This document shows, one piece after another, positions 37,482 to 47,876 of a stretch of DNA of 63,799 bases. Below the pieces are notes generated by a model. The model was not told the origin of the DNA. It was given only the letters and a program-made list of their open reading frames with translations, and made no database searches. Source of the DNA: a virus (lineage: Duplodnaviria; Caudoviricetes); IMG/VR virus record IMGVR_UViG_3300020045_002007, positions 1 through 63,799 of that record. One strand, written 5' to 3'. The position numbers and the translations under genes are program-made. Numbering within the stretch: the stretch's first letter is position 1; every line of letters starts with the position of its first letter.

Positions 37482-38048
37482 CTAAATGAAGGTAGGATTG
37501 CGGGAGTTACCGCGTCCGAGATTGTTGAAGTCCCCTTCCACCTGCGAGAGTCGTCGACCTTCGCTGTCTTCATCATTCCGGGCTGAAACCTGGTCGCGAA
37601 TGGAGGCTTCTTGTTCCATCGGCATATCATGGTGATAAATCATCATCAGATCCTGGTACGTTTCGGTAGGAATCTTGAACAGCAACATCTCATTGCAGGC
37701 GATACATCCGTCAAACTCGCCGCCGGTGGCCATGAACTGGGCACCGAATGCCGGGACTTCTGATGCTTTTACCGGAGCATAACCACGCTGAATCCGCTTA
37801 TAAACCGGATCGGTACTGTTGGTCGTACTCAGCCAGCAACAATGAAAGCCTGGGAGTTTCGGGGGAGTCGGGAGAACTTCTTGTACCCAGTCTTGCCGCA
37901 AGGCGCGTCTGCGCTCTGAAGCTGTTAGGGCACTTCCATCTTGCTGAACGCGATCAACATCCGCGCTATCACGAGAGCCACGTACCGACTGGCCTGCATC
38001 CTTCTTAAGGCGGTCATCACCGAAGGTGTCTTTGATTGGATTAGCCAT
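37482..38048 (-). CDS. conserved head-module protein
   Basis: LP.PP..PGFH.CWLSTTN..D....R...GY.PV. Confidence 0.7.
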   Translation of the reverse strand: MANPIKDTFGDDRLKKDAGQSVRGSRDSADVDRVQQDGSALTASERRRALRQDWVQEVLPTPPKLPGFHCCWLSTTNSTDPVYKRIQRGYAPVKASEVPAFGAQFMATGGEFDGCIACNEMLLFKIPTETYQDLMMIYHHDMPMEQEASIRDQVSARNDEDSEGRRLSQVEGDFNNLGRGNSRNPTFI

Positions 38049-38059
38049 GTCATGTCTCC

Positions 38060-39031
38060 TTATTTGTTCGAACCGTGTGTACGGTCATATTCTTGGAATC
38101 GCCGAATGGCGTCTGCGCGTTTGGCGGGATCATCAAAAGTACCGGCATCTTTCAGAGCTTGAACTCGCTCTGCGGATAGACGGTAAGTCCCCTTGGGCGC
38201 AGCGCCCGATTCCGTTCCTGAACCGGCCACCGGAACACGAGGTTTCGAGGGCTGATTACCTGGAGTACGATTATACCCTGAAATAGCGCGGTGAGGCAAG
38301 TATTTTTTAACCCGTGAATCCAACTCCTCCCAATACTCAGAGGTCGTCGGGTTCCAGCCTTCCTGTACGAGGCGATTGTCAATCTTCATCACCAGGTCAC
38401 TATCGGCATCACTACCTGCCGGATCATACCACGAATTCTTTTCAATCCAGGCGTTGGCATTTTTCGCCATGCGCGGATCAAGAGGCTTCGGCTGCTGTTG
38501 AACCTTAGTCCCCATGTTCTTCTTGGCATTTTGCAACATGTTGAATCGGTTCTGGGCGGCGAACATCTTTTCCTGGGCGTCTACGGCTGTAGCGCCATCA
38601 GCCATCTCAATCGCCTTACGATTGATTTCCTTGAAATGCGTGTAGTAATTCGACGCTTCAGTAATGGCTGAATCGAGCTGAGCCGCCTGATTACCGACGG
38701 AATGCTGTTCCACCGAAGCGAGTCGAGTGGACAGTTCATTCAGCATCTCATCGCGAGAGGCTAGTTCACGCTTGAGGGATTCTACGTATTCCTTACGGCT
38801 GGCCTTGTTTTGAACACGGCGAGCACGGTTGCGTTCGCGGCGAGCGTCGGCTTCTTCTTGAGTTTCCTCGTCATGACCGGTTTCGTCATCATCCGAAGAC
38901 TCATTGGTGGCGACTCGTTCGTCGTCTTTGGTTTCTTCCTTCAGATCGGGTTTCGCGTCCTCGCCAATTTGGAGAGAGCCGTCATCGAGTTCCTTGACGA
39001 CCAAGTCGTCTTTCTTGTCTTCATTTTCCAT
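38060..39031 (-). CDS. capsid scaffolding protein
   Basis: Acidic N-terminus, long coiled coil, W..KN.WY, LS.ERVQA; upstream of capsid genes. Confidence 0.7.
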   Translation of the reverse strand: MENEDKKDDLVVKELDDGSLQIGEDAKPDLKEETKDDERVATNESSDDDETGHDEETQEEADARRERNRARRVQNKASRKEYVESLKRELASRDEMLNELSTRLASVEQHSVGNQAAQLDSAITEASNYYTHFKEINRKAIEMADGATAVDAQEKMFAAQNRFNMLQNAKKNMGTKVQQQPKPLDPRMAKNANAWIEKNSWYDPAGSDADSDLVMKIDNRLVQEGWNPTTSEYWEELDSRVKKYLPHRAISGYNRTPGNQPSKPRVPVAGSGTESGAAPKGTYRLSAERVQALKDAGTFDDPAKRADAIRRFQEYDRTHGSNK

Positions 39032-39051
39032 TGTGTATTCTTTCACACAAA

Positions 39052-39456
39052 TTACAGCAGTTGATCAAACGATTCGAAGTTGCTCTCCACCACCAGTTGC
39101 ACGTTCGTATCATCGAACACGGCGAAGATAGCCTTCTCTTTTTGCTCAGCAATAGGAGCCTCGAAACGGAAGCCTCCCCAGCGCGGTAGGATAACCAAGT
39201 CACCCACCTTAGCCCAAGCTCCCTCTTTCCACTCTTCACCCGAAGAACGGTCCCTAAAGGCTATTCCTCCGACTGCGACGACCAGCCCAATCTGGGTGTT
39301 ACCGTTGTTAAAGTCCTTCGTGTCTTCTACGAGGACGATACCACCTTGGGTCTTTTCTTTCAAGGTGCGAAGTTGCACCAGGATTTTCGCTCCAGCCGGT
39401 TTAGCGCCTGGGTCTACCTGGGGGAAGTGGTGCTGGATGTAATCTTTTTTATTCAA
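39052..39456 (-). CDS. groES: GroES-like co-chaperonin
   Basis: PAGAKILVQ...KTQGGIVL...GLVVAVG...KVGDLV. Confidence 0.8.
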   Translation of the reverse strand: MNKKDYIQHHFPQVDPGAKPAGAKILVQLRTLKEKTQGGIVLVEDTKDFNNGNTQIGLVVAVGGIAFRDRSSGEEWKEGAWAKVGDLVILPRWGGFRFEAPIAEQKEKAIFAVFDDTNVQLVVESNFESFDQLL

Positions 39457-39653
39457 GATTGATACTCCTTCTGGATTTCATCGCGCAATAATGATTCAAG
39501 GATTTCCAGCGCGAGTTGGAGACCTTGATAACGCCCAGTTTGCACCCCATGTTCGAACGGATCGGACTTGGGGCGCATCATGGACGCTTCAGCAACACCG
39601 AGTTGTTGATCTTTGATACTACCTATGAACTTAGCTACCAGGTTTTGATTCAC
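39453..39653 (-). CDS. small head-module protein
   Basis: FEHG...GRYQGL..A; GTGA overlap. Confidence 0.7.
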   Translation of the reverse strand: MNQNLVAKFIGSIKDQQLGVAEASMMRPKSDPFEHGVQTGRYQGLQLALEILESLLRDEIQKEYQS

Positions 39654-39817
39654 TTGGTCTTCGGCTTCTTAGGTGTGGGTTTAACTTCAACCTCGTCTTC
39701 ATCAATGATAGGCTGAATGTCGGTAGACAGGTTATAACCGACAGAAAAGTGAGCGAGGCTCTTGTCGCTTTCTACAACGGTCTGCGTGCCGTCTGACGTG
39801 GTGACGAGATATTTCAT
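39650..39817 (-). CDS. 55-aa hypothetical protein (not in ORF track)
   Basis: MKYLVTTSDGTQTVVES...KPKTK; ATGA and GTGA overlaps. Confidence 0.65.
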   Translation of the reverse strand: MKYLVTTSDGTQTVVESDKSLAHFSVGYNLSTDIQPIIDEDEVEVKPTPKKPKTK

Positions 39818-39975
39818 TTGCACTTACCGCCTTTCTTCAGACCCTTTTTCTTGAATTCAGCGGCGATGAGCTTCTTGTCTTCAGCAATATCTTCATGCTT
39901 GACTTTGCCGCCATCTTTGTAAGCCTTCAAGCCGGGTTGAGCTTGGCCACCCATTACTTTAGCGAGACGTCCCAT
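39814..39975 (-). CDS. 53-aa basic protein with two xKxGG motifs (not in ORF track)
   Basis: MGRLAKVMGGQAQPGLKAYKDGGKVKHEDIAEDKKLIAAEFKKKGLKKGGKCK; SD AGGAGA. Confidence 0.75.
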   Translation of the reverse strand: MGRLAKVMGGQAQPGLKAYKDGGKVKHEDIAEDKKLIAAEFKKKGLKKGGKCK

Positions 39976-39990
39976 TACTTTCTCCTCAGG

Positions 39991-40533
39991 TTAGGCTGCG
40001 AGTAGCAGCAATTCAATATCGTGTTCGTCATCATTAGCCGCTTCTGTCGCTTCCCAATCCGTAAGCCGAGACTCATAGGGATTCAGCCAGCTTCTAAATT
40101 CATTACTAATTATATTTAAAAACTGCGTGATTGGGGGGATTTCCACGCGAGGCGGTTTTACGTAGACCGGTTTCGGTAAAACGGGTGGAACCCAGATTTC
40201 TACGTCTATTTCCCGGCGAGGCTTTTTGACAACTCGGAGCTTGGGCTCCACGGGTTTTGTTTCCGAGCCTTGGCCCGTTCTTTTCTGCGCTTCTTCTCTT
40301 TGCTTTTGCTCATGCTTTTTCAATTCCTCTTCTTGTAATTGATAGAAAAATGCGCGCCAATAGCCTGACCGAGCCTCTACTTTAGTAGCGCCATCACACC
40401 AGAAGCCATTGGCCCAAAAACCCTTAGACCAGACACCAACAGCCCAGAACTTACAATCACCCGGAGCAACTTGTGATTGCTTGAATGCGTTAGTACTGAA
40501 TGAAGCCTGAGAGAAGGAGTTGGTACTGAACAT
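39991..40533 (-). CDS. putative virion appendage anchor protein
   Basis: FSTNSFS..SFSTNAF and W..GFW repeats; ends DDEHDIELLLLAA. Confidence 0.6.
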   Translation of the reverse strand: MFSTNSFSQASFSTNAFKQSQVAPGDCKFWAVGVWSKGFWANGFWCDGATKVEARSGYWRAFFYQLQEEELKKHEQKQREEAQKRTGQGSETKPVEPKLRVVKKPRREIDVEIWVPPVLPKPVYVKPPRVEIPPITQFLNIISNEFRSWLNPYESRLTDWEATEAANDDEHDIELLLLAA

Positions 40534-42143
40534 TAGGCGGGTTCTCCGACACCTCGGAATTTATCAGTAGAAAGCCCCTTACCGATTATTTCAGTGCTAT
40601 TCATTTGAACAGTATTTACGGCCACTGGAGCGGCATTCATTTCAGCCAGCAGTACGGTGGTAATCAGTTGGTTGCCCTTCTCGGTCATAGTGGATTCATT
40701 ATAGAACGCGCCATACCCTTCAATCCAGTACTCTCCACCTGTACAGGAAACGTCTAGTGTGATGTCTCCACCAGATATGTTCATTTCAGCGAGGCTCCCA
40801 GCAACTGCATTCTTAATCAAAACCGAACCGCTCGCCAAGTCAGCCGAGAAGACCGTACTTGCGTGACTACCCATGTCAAGCACGGTAAAGTCGCCTTCAA
40901 CAATTGTTCCGGCGACTGAGAGCGTTTTACCTGGCGCGATAAAGATGTCAGCCTCCATACGACCCGCGTCGACCTCGCCTTGAACATTATACACGTTTTG
41001 CAGGTAACAACCACTGAAGACGTTTGCGGGGTTTGACAACAGGCCCATGGAGCCTGTCACTGTCATGTTTTCTATACGGCAAGAGTTGAACACTTTAAGG
41101 TTCAGATCAAACGAGTCCGCCGTAAATCCCGTTTCTCCACGTAGCACTGCGTTGTCAAAGCCGTCGTCCGCGGAGAAGCTACCAGTTAGTAAGAACGCAT
41201 TGAAGCCATTGGCAAAGGCTATAGCCCGAGCAGCAGGTAAGTTATTTACTGGGTGAGCGGGAGTGCCTAGCGGCCAAGCAGTGCCTGATGATCCGTTGAC
41301 TGAATCAACATGCACGGCACCATAGAAGGACAGCCGATCAACCTCTTCGTCTATATCTACAAGAGCCGAATCAGTATGAAGATTAATATCATTCTGCAGA
41401 GTGCCAATGATTTGTCCAGCGGTACCCGCTAAGTAGGACCCAGGTAGAATAGTAGTCCAGGGGTCACCGGCGGACGCGGCCGAATTGACCTTGTTACCCA
41501 TCGTGCCTGCAACATTGAATACCGCCGCCACCGAGTTCCAAACCTCATTCGCTACGCTCTGGGGAGTAACCGCTTCCCCTTGCCCAGAAATAGTAGCTGA
41601 TATAAACCCGTTAGCTGTTGCCGTGGCCGTGGGTGTGAAGGTCATCGTCAGTGTAGCACCTAGGCCCGATTGTGCGCCTAGCACCGGAGTCATGGTAAAG
41701 CTCGGTCCGGTAAAGCTCGCTTGTGCTAGTAATGCGCCGACGATGACTGGATTCTCAATCGTAAAACCCATGGAAATAGAGGCTACCCCACCTACCACTA
41801 GCGCGAGAGCCGCTTGGTCAACCGCCATATCCAGGGTCAGATTGGCGCTGAGGTTACGACCGTAAATACCCGTTCCCGTTGTCGTAACCGAGAAACCAGC
41901 CTCATTATGGCTTGCCAGTCCCCCGGCTACTCGTGGCATGAGCCATGCTACCGGGTGGCGTGTGCCTGCAGGAATAGAGGCTTGCGTATTGAACCCGGCC
42001 TCTCCCGCGAGTTGATTGCGCTTGAACGAGGCAAGGTTGTAGCTGGAAGGCAGGCAAGAGAAGTTCGCGCCATTAAGCTGCGTCGTAGCCGTAGTGATAC
42101 GCCCCGTAAAGTTCTCTCGCCTTCCGTTGCCAAGCAGGCCCAT
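40533..42143 (-). CDS. fibre/spike protein with beta-helix-like region
   Basis: Ala/Gly/Thr-rich; VANEVW...GTMG; VDSVNG..GT.WP.GT...PVNN. Confidence 0.65.
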   Translation of the reverse strand: MGLLGNGRRENFTGRITTATTQLNGANFSCLPSSYNLASFKRNQLAGEAGFNTQASIPAGTRHPVAWLMPRVAGGLASHNEAGFSVTTTGTGIYGRNLSANLTLDMAVDQAALALVVGGVASISMGFTIENPVIVGALLAQASFTGPSFTMTPVLGAQSGLGATLTMTFTPTATATANGFISATISGQGEAVTPQSVANEVWNSVAAVFNVAGTMGNKVNSAASAGDPWTTILPGSYLAGTAGQIIGTLQNDINLHTDSALVDIDEEVDRLSFYGAVHVDSVNGSSGTAWPLGTPAHPVNNLPAARAIAFANGFNAFLLTGSFSADDGFDNAVLRGETGFTADSFDLNLKVFNSCRIENMTVTGSMGLLSNPANVFSGCYLQNVYNVQGEVDAGRMEADIFIAPGKTLSVAGTIVEGDFTVLDMGSHASTVFSADLASGSVLIKNAVAGSLAEMNISGGDITLDVSCTGGEYWIEGYGAFYNESTMTEKGNQLITTVLLAEMNAAPVAVNTVQMNSTEIIGKGLSTDKFRGVGEPA

Positions 42144-43052
42144 TTAGCCACCCCAACCGTATTGACCCGACGCGTAGAACGTACCGCCGGAAGTCGTCGC
42201 GCCCGTGTTGAATACCAGGAACTGGAGGTTGCATCCATCACGTAGCTTGGGGAAACTCGGAACCGTATTGACGTAATCGAACAGGTTGAACAGACCCGTC
42301 TGTGGTACGGGAATTGGCAAGGATGCCAGCGGGTAACACAAGCCAATAATTACTGAGCCGGACGCATGCGCCGTGCCGCCCCATGTCAAGGTTTCAATGT
42401 CCTTGACACCTACGTCATTGCCTTGCAGCGGAAGGAATGGGCCATACTTGTTCGCCGCGTTGCCTGAATTCAGGAGTGTGCCGTTGGTCGCTGATGCTGT
42501 CGATACGCAACCCGCAGTCGTCACCCGTCCGGTCGCACCGGCTGAGTTGGTGTAGGCTACTTGCATTGTTGGAGCATTTGCGCCCATCGCGGCGTAAGCG
42601 GCGACGAACAGCCTCAGCCCCGCACCCTCAGGATAGCGATCTACCTTTGCCGCCGTGCTGCCGATCGGCGTCATCGTAACCGTCTTAGCGCCGGTCGTAG
42701 AGACGTTGGTCGTGGTCAGCTTGGCGTAGCCGATTAAGTCCACGGGTAGGATGAACCAGGGTGCCCCAGCTGCTGCAATGATTGAGCCGCCCATCGCCGT
42801 AAGGTGTTTGGTAGCCGGAGCAACGTCACCGCTTAGATTGACCGAACCTTCTGCCCAGGCGTTATCCGTCGCGGTGAAGGTCAATTCCGTACCGCCAAAG
42901 GTGGCCGCTGGAGGGCTACCTGCGGAGTTAGTCAGATGCTGCCAGTGTCCGGCAACTCCCGCCGCAACAAAGTTCTTCTGGAAAATGAATCCGTCGGTCT
43001 TGCCGTTGGAAGTCATCTGGTTAATCATGTCGTCTTGTGAAGTCCAGCCCAT
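42144..43052 (-). CDS. virion appendage protein (paralog of 43052-43954)
   Basis: RYPEG...YTNSAG.TGR...PFLPLQG.D.GV. Confidence 0.65.
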   Translation of the reverse strand: MGWTSQDDMINQMTSNGKTDGFIFQKNFVAAGVAGHWQHLTNSAGSPPAATFGGTELTFTATDNAWAEGSVNLSGDVAPATKHLTAMGGSIIAAAGAPWFILPVDLIGYAKLTTTNVSTTGAKTVTMTPIGSTAAKVDRYPEGAGLRLFVAAYAAMGANAPTMQVAYTNSAGATGRVTTAGCVSTASATNGTLLNSGNAANKYGPFLPLQGNDVGVKDIETLTWGGTAHASGSVIIGLCYPLASLPIPVPQTGLFNLFDYVNTVPSFPKLRDGCNLQFLVFNTGATTSGGTFYASGQYGWGG

Positions 43053-43954
43053 TATGTGCTCCATTGCGTCGTGAGGACGCCTGTTAAAATAGAAGACGCC
43101 AGTGAACCAGCGTTACCCAAACTGATGAATCCCAAGACGGCACCCGACTTCACTTCAAAAATCGGCATGTGAATCAGTGCCTCAACATGTGTTGCCGCGC
43201 CGTAACTGTCGAACACTGTGGCCGTAGTACGCCGACACTCTTGAGTAGCTAAGGTGCCTAGGATAGGCTTGACGATTACCAGCGCCATCAGACCGCCACC
43301 CGCTGCCGTGAAGGTTACGGACTCGATTGACCGGACACCGGAGTCACCCCCTTGAAGGTCAAGGAAAGGCAACGATCCGGTTGATGCGTTGTTTATGGAG
43401 TTCAGAAGAATCCCGCCACCAGCGACGATCTTGGTGTTCGTTGCTTGCGTAGTGCGCCCAGCCACACCATCCTGATTAGTGTAGGACACGGTGAAGGTAC
43501 CGTTGGTGGAACTGGCTGATTGAGCGACGCACATGATTTTACCGCCCTGAGGATACCGGCTTGGTAGGGGGTTGGTCTGGACCATGTCTTGTTGCTCACC
43601 TACCGCGTCCGTATCAATGAACGGGTAATACATCAGATAATCAGCTAACAACAAGCGCTGATTCTGATTACTAGTGCCTGTCGCACTACTTGCTGCGGTC
43701 ATCGTGCAAACGTCTTTGATAAACTGAGACTTGCCGATGTTCGGTAGGTGAATACCTCGGTTGGCTTCTACATAGGCTGATTCCAGCGGCGAGGAGGCGT
43801 AGAAGTTCGCCACAGGGTTACCTGCGTAGTAGGTATAATCAATGAAGTCGTTAGCGGACGTAGCGGCACTTGCTACGCTCTTACGGAACGTAGTGATATG
43901 TCGCTGTCCGCGCTCATGGGCGTTAGCCCACTCGGCGACGTTCTTGAATCCCAT
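43052..43954 (-). CDS. virion appendage protein (paralog of 42144-43052)
   Basis: RYPQG...YTNQDG.AGR...PFLDLQG.D.GV. Confidence 0.65.
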   Translation of the reverse strand: MGFKNVAEWANAHERGQRHITTFRKSVASAATSANDFIDYTYYAGNPVANFYASSPLESAYVEANRGIHLPNIGKSQFIKDVCTMTAASSATGTSNQNQRLLLADYLMYYPFIDTDAVGEQQDMVQTNPLPSRYPQGGKIMCVAQSASSTNGTFTVSYTNQDGVAGRTTQATNTKIVAGGGILLNSINNASTGSLPFLDLQGGDSGVRSIESVTFTAAGGGLMALVIVKPILGTLATQECRRTTATVFDSYGAATHVEALIHMPIFEVKSGAVLGFISLGNAGSLASSILTGVLTTQWST

Positions 43955-44394
43955 TAGTCGGCCACGATATCCAGATCACCACCCGCGAACTGAGGTTGAA
44001 TCAAGTTCGCTACAGCGAGTGATGAACTAAGCTGACCGGAGAACAGAAGAAGCCCGGCTCCTGACGGTGCCGTACCGATGCCTACGTAAGTTACCGTAGC
44101 TCCTGTCGCTCCACACTGCGGAAACTGAACCAGTGAAGCGTTGGTTGCCGTGTTGCCTGCGATACTCCAAGCACCTGCTGTACGCACGACGCCTACTCTG
44201 GCATAATTAGTATAGACCGTTTCGTTAGTGGACTGGGTACCGGCTTCGCCTGGATCACCTAGGTGAAGGCTGACGTAGAGGCTACCTGCGACAGCGGAAG
44301 GCTGAAGACCTGCGGCGTCGCCTATCAAGGCAATAGCATTGTTGTTGAATACTAGCTCCAACAACTCGGTTTCAAAGGCGTTTGACATGCTCAT
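43954..44394 (-). CDS. small fibre-associated structural protein
   Basis: SNAFETELL...LYVSLH..DPGEAG...E..Y..YARV. Confidence 0.7.
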   Translation of the reverse strand: MSMSNAFETELLELVFNNNAIALIGDAAGLQPSAVAGSLYVSLHLGDPGEAGTQSTNETVYTNYARVGVVRTAGAWSIAGNTATNASLVQFPQCGATGATVTYVGIGTAPSGAGLLLFSGQLSSSLAVANLIQPQFAGGDLDIVAD

Positions 44395-44409
44395 GATATT
44401 ACTCCTTGG

Positions 44410-44877
44410 TTAAGCGGGTCGCATAGGATCGGCAGGTGTACCGCTACCTGTCAGGGGTTTTGAATTGATTTGAACTGTATTCACCGGGATCGCTGTCGCT
44501 TGAAGGGCCGCAAGGACGGCGTCGGCTATATCGCTCGGGGTCGCTCCACCAGCGCCGATGCTAGTCACGGCGTAGGCTGCTGACGCGGTGTATTTGACGT
44601 AGCAGTTCGCCACAGGGTTGATCGTCGCCGCGACGTTGCCGCCCTTGATCTCCCAATTGCCTGCGGGGAACTGAAGTGTCCAGCCGTTGATGAATGCGAC
44701 GGCTGGAAACAGCGAACCGCTGCCGAGATCGATCTGCTTGTAGGTATGCACGACGGGATGCACCATCGCCAGCGGATCATCCTCGATATCGCGCAACGCC
44801 ATGTGAAACGCCACCGCATCGGTGATGCTGGCGTCCGACGTGATGACTTTCGTGGCGAAGTTGGCGGTCAGGGCCAT
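44410..44877 (-). CDS. virion appendage protein
   Basis: C-terminal IADAV...PVNTVQINS...GSG...DP motif shared with 40533-42143. Confidence 0.6.
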   Translation of the reverse strand: MALTANFATKVITSDASITDAVAFHMALRDIEDDPLAMVHPVVHTYKQIDLGSGSLFPAVAFINGWTLQFPAGNWEIKGGNVAATINPVANCYVKYTASAAYAVTSIGAGGATPSDIADAVLAALQATAIPVNTVQINSKPLTGSGTPADPMRPA

Positions 44878-44880
44878 GTT

Positions 44881-46386
44881 TTACAGGTCCAGTGCCCGAA
44901 TCGCGCTGTTCGAACCGCCTGCTGCCGTCACCGAGAACGTCGTCTCGTAGGGCTGGATCGGGGTGGATTTGCCGTTGCGCACCCGCACGCGAGCGGTGAA
45001 GTCTGCGACGTAGGTGAAGGACGGGGAGGCTTCCGATGTAGTCGCCGTCTCCTTGTCGATGTAGGTGAAGAACATCGGCGCGGAGGAGTAGCCCCCGGCC
45101 GGGATCGCCGGGCTGAGTGTCGTCAGTGTGTTGCCGGAGATGGTGGCGTAGGTGTGCAGGTTGCCATTGATCCGCACCGTGCCCGCTGCTGGAACGTCAG
45201 CCGTGGGCGTGCCAGACAGATTGACCGTCGTTGCGGCTGCCGTGCCAGTCGCCAGAATATCCACGAGGCCGGTGGTCTTGGCGTTGGCGAAGCCGCCCGA
45301 GCCGTTGTCCTTGGCGACAATCACGTAGTCCGTGGCGACGATGCTGTCCACGCTGATGCCGATGTTGTTCGGCGGCGTGATCGTGGCGCCTGCGTCGTCG
45401 AGCAGCGAGTAGGTCTTGAGGTCGAGCGCGTTGAGCGAAGCGAGGTTGACCCACCAGCCCTGCGCCACAAACCACGTGCCGCCAGCGAGTGAGCCGAAGG
45501 GCGCCGCCTGATTCTCGGTGTAGGTCGTGTTGAGCTTCCGGTACTGCCAGCCGGTGACGCCGTTCAGCGTGGCCGTGCTGCTTTCGGAACACGCCCATTG
45601 CAGCGCCTGCCACACCTCGCTCAAGCGCACGCCGCCGGTGAAGCTGATCTCGCCCTTGTAGGTCTTGCTCGCAGCGCCGGTGAAGTTGCGCGTGATCGTC
45701 CCGGGCGTCAGCGTGACGACGAAGGCCGGGGATGTCGAAGTGACGGTGTTCGTTCCGCCTGTATAGTTCCCGGCGAGGCGAACGGCATTTGAATCATCGC
45801 TGACGGCCAGGGCCGCGACCTGCTCGGAACCGGCAGAGCAATCCACGTCGAAGTGCGAGTAGGTGTAGCCCCACTCACGACAGAACACGGTGACGGTGCC
45901 GGCGGCTTGTGCGGTCCCGGCGACAGTGTTGCCGGCGATTAGCGCGCTTGCCGTCTTGACTTTGAACAGGGCGCGCACCGGGCCAGCCGCCCACCACTTC
46001 GTCCCGGCGTTGTACTTGGCGTTGGTCTGCACCACGTAATGACTGCGCAGCGCAAGGCCCGATCCGATGGTGTTGATGCCCGTCCACATTTCCGCACCGG
46101 AGCCTTGCTCGATGCTGCCGAACTTGAACCGCTGGCTTACCGCCTGATTGACCGTGATCGTCGGCAGCAGCGTCAGCGCCGAGGGCCGCGCCGCATTTCG
46201 CTTACCGGCAAGCTGCGACGGATTGGCTCCTAGGATCGACACATTGTCGTCGAGCGTGGCCGCTGGATTGTCGGCGAGGTCTTGCAGCCACTGGTGCAGG
46301 TCGAGGACGTCATAGACCGTCGAGCCGCCCGCCTGGGTGATTGCCCCGCCAGCGGAGATTGCAAAGTCTGTGTTTGTGATGGCCAT
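44881..46386 (-). CDS. fibre/appendage protein (GC-rich segment)
   Basis: Ala/Thr/Gly-rich; YDVLDLHQWLQDLAD; C-terminal RVRVR...QPYET. Confidence 0.65.
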   Translation of the reverse strand: MAITNTDFAISAGGAITQAGGSTVYDVLDLHQWLQDLADNPAATLDDNVSILGANPSQLAGKRNAARPSALTLLPTITVNQAVSQRFKFGSIEQGSGAEMWTGINTIGSGLALRSHYVVQTNAKYNAGTKWWAAGPVRALFKVKTASALIAGNTVAGTAQAAGTVTVFCREWGYTYSHFDVDCSAGSEQVAALAVSDDSNAVRLAGNYTGGTNTVTSTSPAFVVTLTPGTITRNFTGAASKTYKGEISFTGGVRLSEVWQALQWACSESSTATLNGVTGWQYRKLNTTYTENQAAPFGSLAGGTWFVAQGWWVNLASLNALDLKTYSLLDDAGATITPPNNIGISVDSIVATDYVIVAKDNGSGGFANAKTTGLVDILATGTAAATTVNLSGTPTADVPAAGTVRINGNLHTYATISGNTLTTLSPAIPAGGYSSAPMFFTYIDKETATTSEASPSFTYVADFTARVRVRNGKSTPIQPYETTFSVTAAGGSNSAIRALDL

Positions 46387-46394
46387 GATTTACC

Positions 46395-47876
46395 TCATTC
46401 GTCTTGAATTTGGGCGATGTAGAGCGACGAGCTGCCGGCCGTCGCGGTCATCAGGGTTTCGTAGGGTTGATACGCTGGGGAGTCCGATGCCTTGCGCACC
46501 CGAATTCGCCAGTTGTCCCGGCTGTCGCCATAGACCGTTTGCGTAATGACAACAGTCGAGGACGCCGCAGTGTCGTCGTAGTGAACGACCGTTCCGGCTT
46601 GGTCCGAGATGTGGACGCGGGAGCCGGTAACGACGTTGGTGAGTGTGAGTACATGCGATGCCGGGTGTGGCCCGAACCCATTGTCGAACTCGTAACACCC
46701 GATGTCGTATGCTTCCGCGCCGCCGTTGTTGTAGCTCGGACGTTCTGCCTTGGTAATGTCGGTTGATACGACATTGTAATAAGCAATCGCGCTGTCTACT
46801 TGCGGGGAGGTACTTAGCGCGGGCCTAAAATTATCATTTGCGTAGTCAGTGAAGTCAGAGGTCGCCAGAGTATACGATGGGTAAGTTCCTGATACCCAGG
46901 GGGCTATACCGGCATTCCCTCCTGCTGTATTAGCGACTGGCATTACGCCCCAATCAGTTGTAATATTACCGACTGATATATTATTCCAAAGCGTCTCCCA
47001 AATATTTGTAGCTCGCTGGGATATAACCCCTACGTCGTTCTTTGTGAATATGTTATTCGCTAATACTATGTTTGATAGCTGGTAACTGTTTGCGCTATAT
47101 CCCATCTTAAACCCCATAAAGAGGCAATTAGAAACAGTACACACAGCGGATAGGATTTGTAATCCGTAATTACTCGACCCCACAACCCCTGTAACGATGC
47201 ATCTATCAAGTACCGAAAAAGGGCCTTGCAGCAGCACCGCCGAGCCTGTGCTCGTGCAAGATACTGTGATTCCATCCACCGATATTCCTGATAGGCGAAA
47301 CATAGCGACGACGTAATTGGAATTAGCCATTTCTATCGCGTAGCCTTTGCCAATAACCCCCCTATGGTCCGCGTCGTTAATCGCTGTGATCTTCTTAACT
47401 GCAGCAGGTCCAGATAGAGAAAGAGTCTCAGTAAGAATCTCAGTCCAAGCCATGCCAATTTCACATATCTCGGAATCAAATAGAGATGCTGTAGCTTTCG
47501 CTGCTCCCCAAGCCCCTATGCCGTCATATATAAACTCAACGCTAGCATAGGTCCATCGGGACTTATCGACCAGCCCTTGATAATAAGCACTGCGTAAAAC
47601 AAGAGATGCTCCATTACTTGTAAAGTCTATTTTAGAAATTAAATCGGAGTCATAGTAAAGTTCAAACGCATTAACGGAGATGTATTTAGCGTAATAGGTA
47701 GTATCCAACGCTAAAGGGGCTCCACTTACGGATGGAAGTGTGCCGGATACAAACTGCACTCCAGTAGCATCCCGCAATCCGTGGCGTGTTAACGCTACTA
47801 AATCAGTCGCATAGGCTACCGTGACCGCTTTGCCGGTCTTACCTCCCCAGCAGATCAGGCTATAGACCGTTGCCAC
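46395..47876 (-). CDS. putative receptor-binding/tailspike protein with right-handed beta-helix
   Basis: Asn ladders (NCLF, NNIF, WNNI), DIGCYEF, C-terminal RIRVR...QPYET. Confidence 0.65.
   Translation of the reverse strand: MATVYSLICWGGKTGKAVTVAYATDLVALTRHGLRDATGVQFVSGTLPSVSGAPLALDTTYYAKYISVNAFELYYDSDLISKIDFTSNGASLVLRSAYYQGLVDKSRWTYASVEFIYDGIGAWGAAKATASLFDSEICEIGMAWTEILTETLSLSGPAAVKKITAINDADHRGVIGKGYAIEMANSNYVVAMFRLSGISVDGITVSCTSTGSAVLLQGPFSVLDRCIVTGVVGSSNYGLQILSAVCTVSNCLFMGFKMGYSANSYQLSNIVLANNIFTKNDVGVISQRATNIWETLWNNISVGNITTDWGVMPVANTAGGNAGIAPWVSGTYPSYTLATSDFTDYANDNFRPALSTSPQVDSAIAYYNVVSTDITKAERPSYNNGGAEAYDIGCYEFDNGFGPHPASHVLTLTNVVTGSRVHISDQAGTVVHYDDTAASSTVVITQTVYGDSRDNWRIRVRKASDSPAYQPYETLMTATAGSSSLYIAQIQDE

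Noticed and set aside
44746-46766. Several long plus-strand and alternate-frame ORFs
   Set aside because: Expected from stop-codon scarcity in the GC-rich segment; Arg-rich translations without SD
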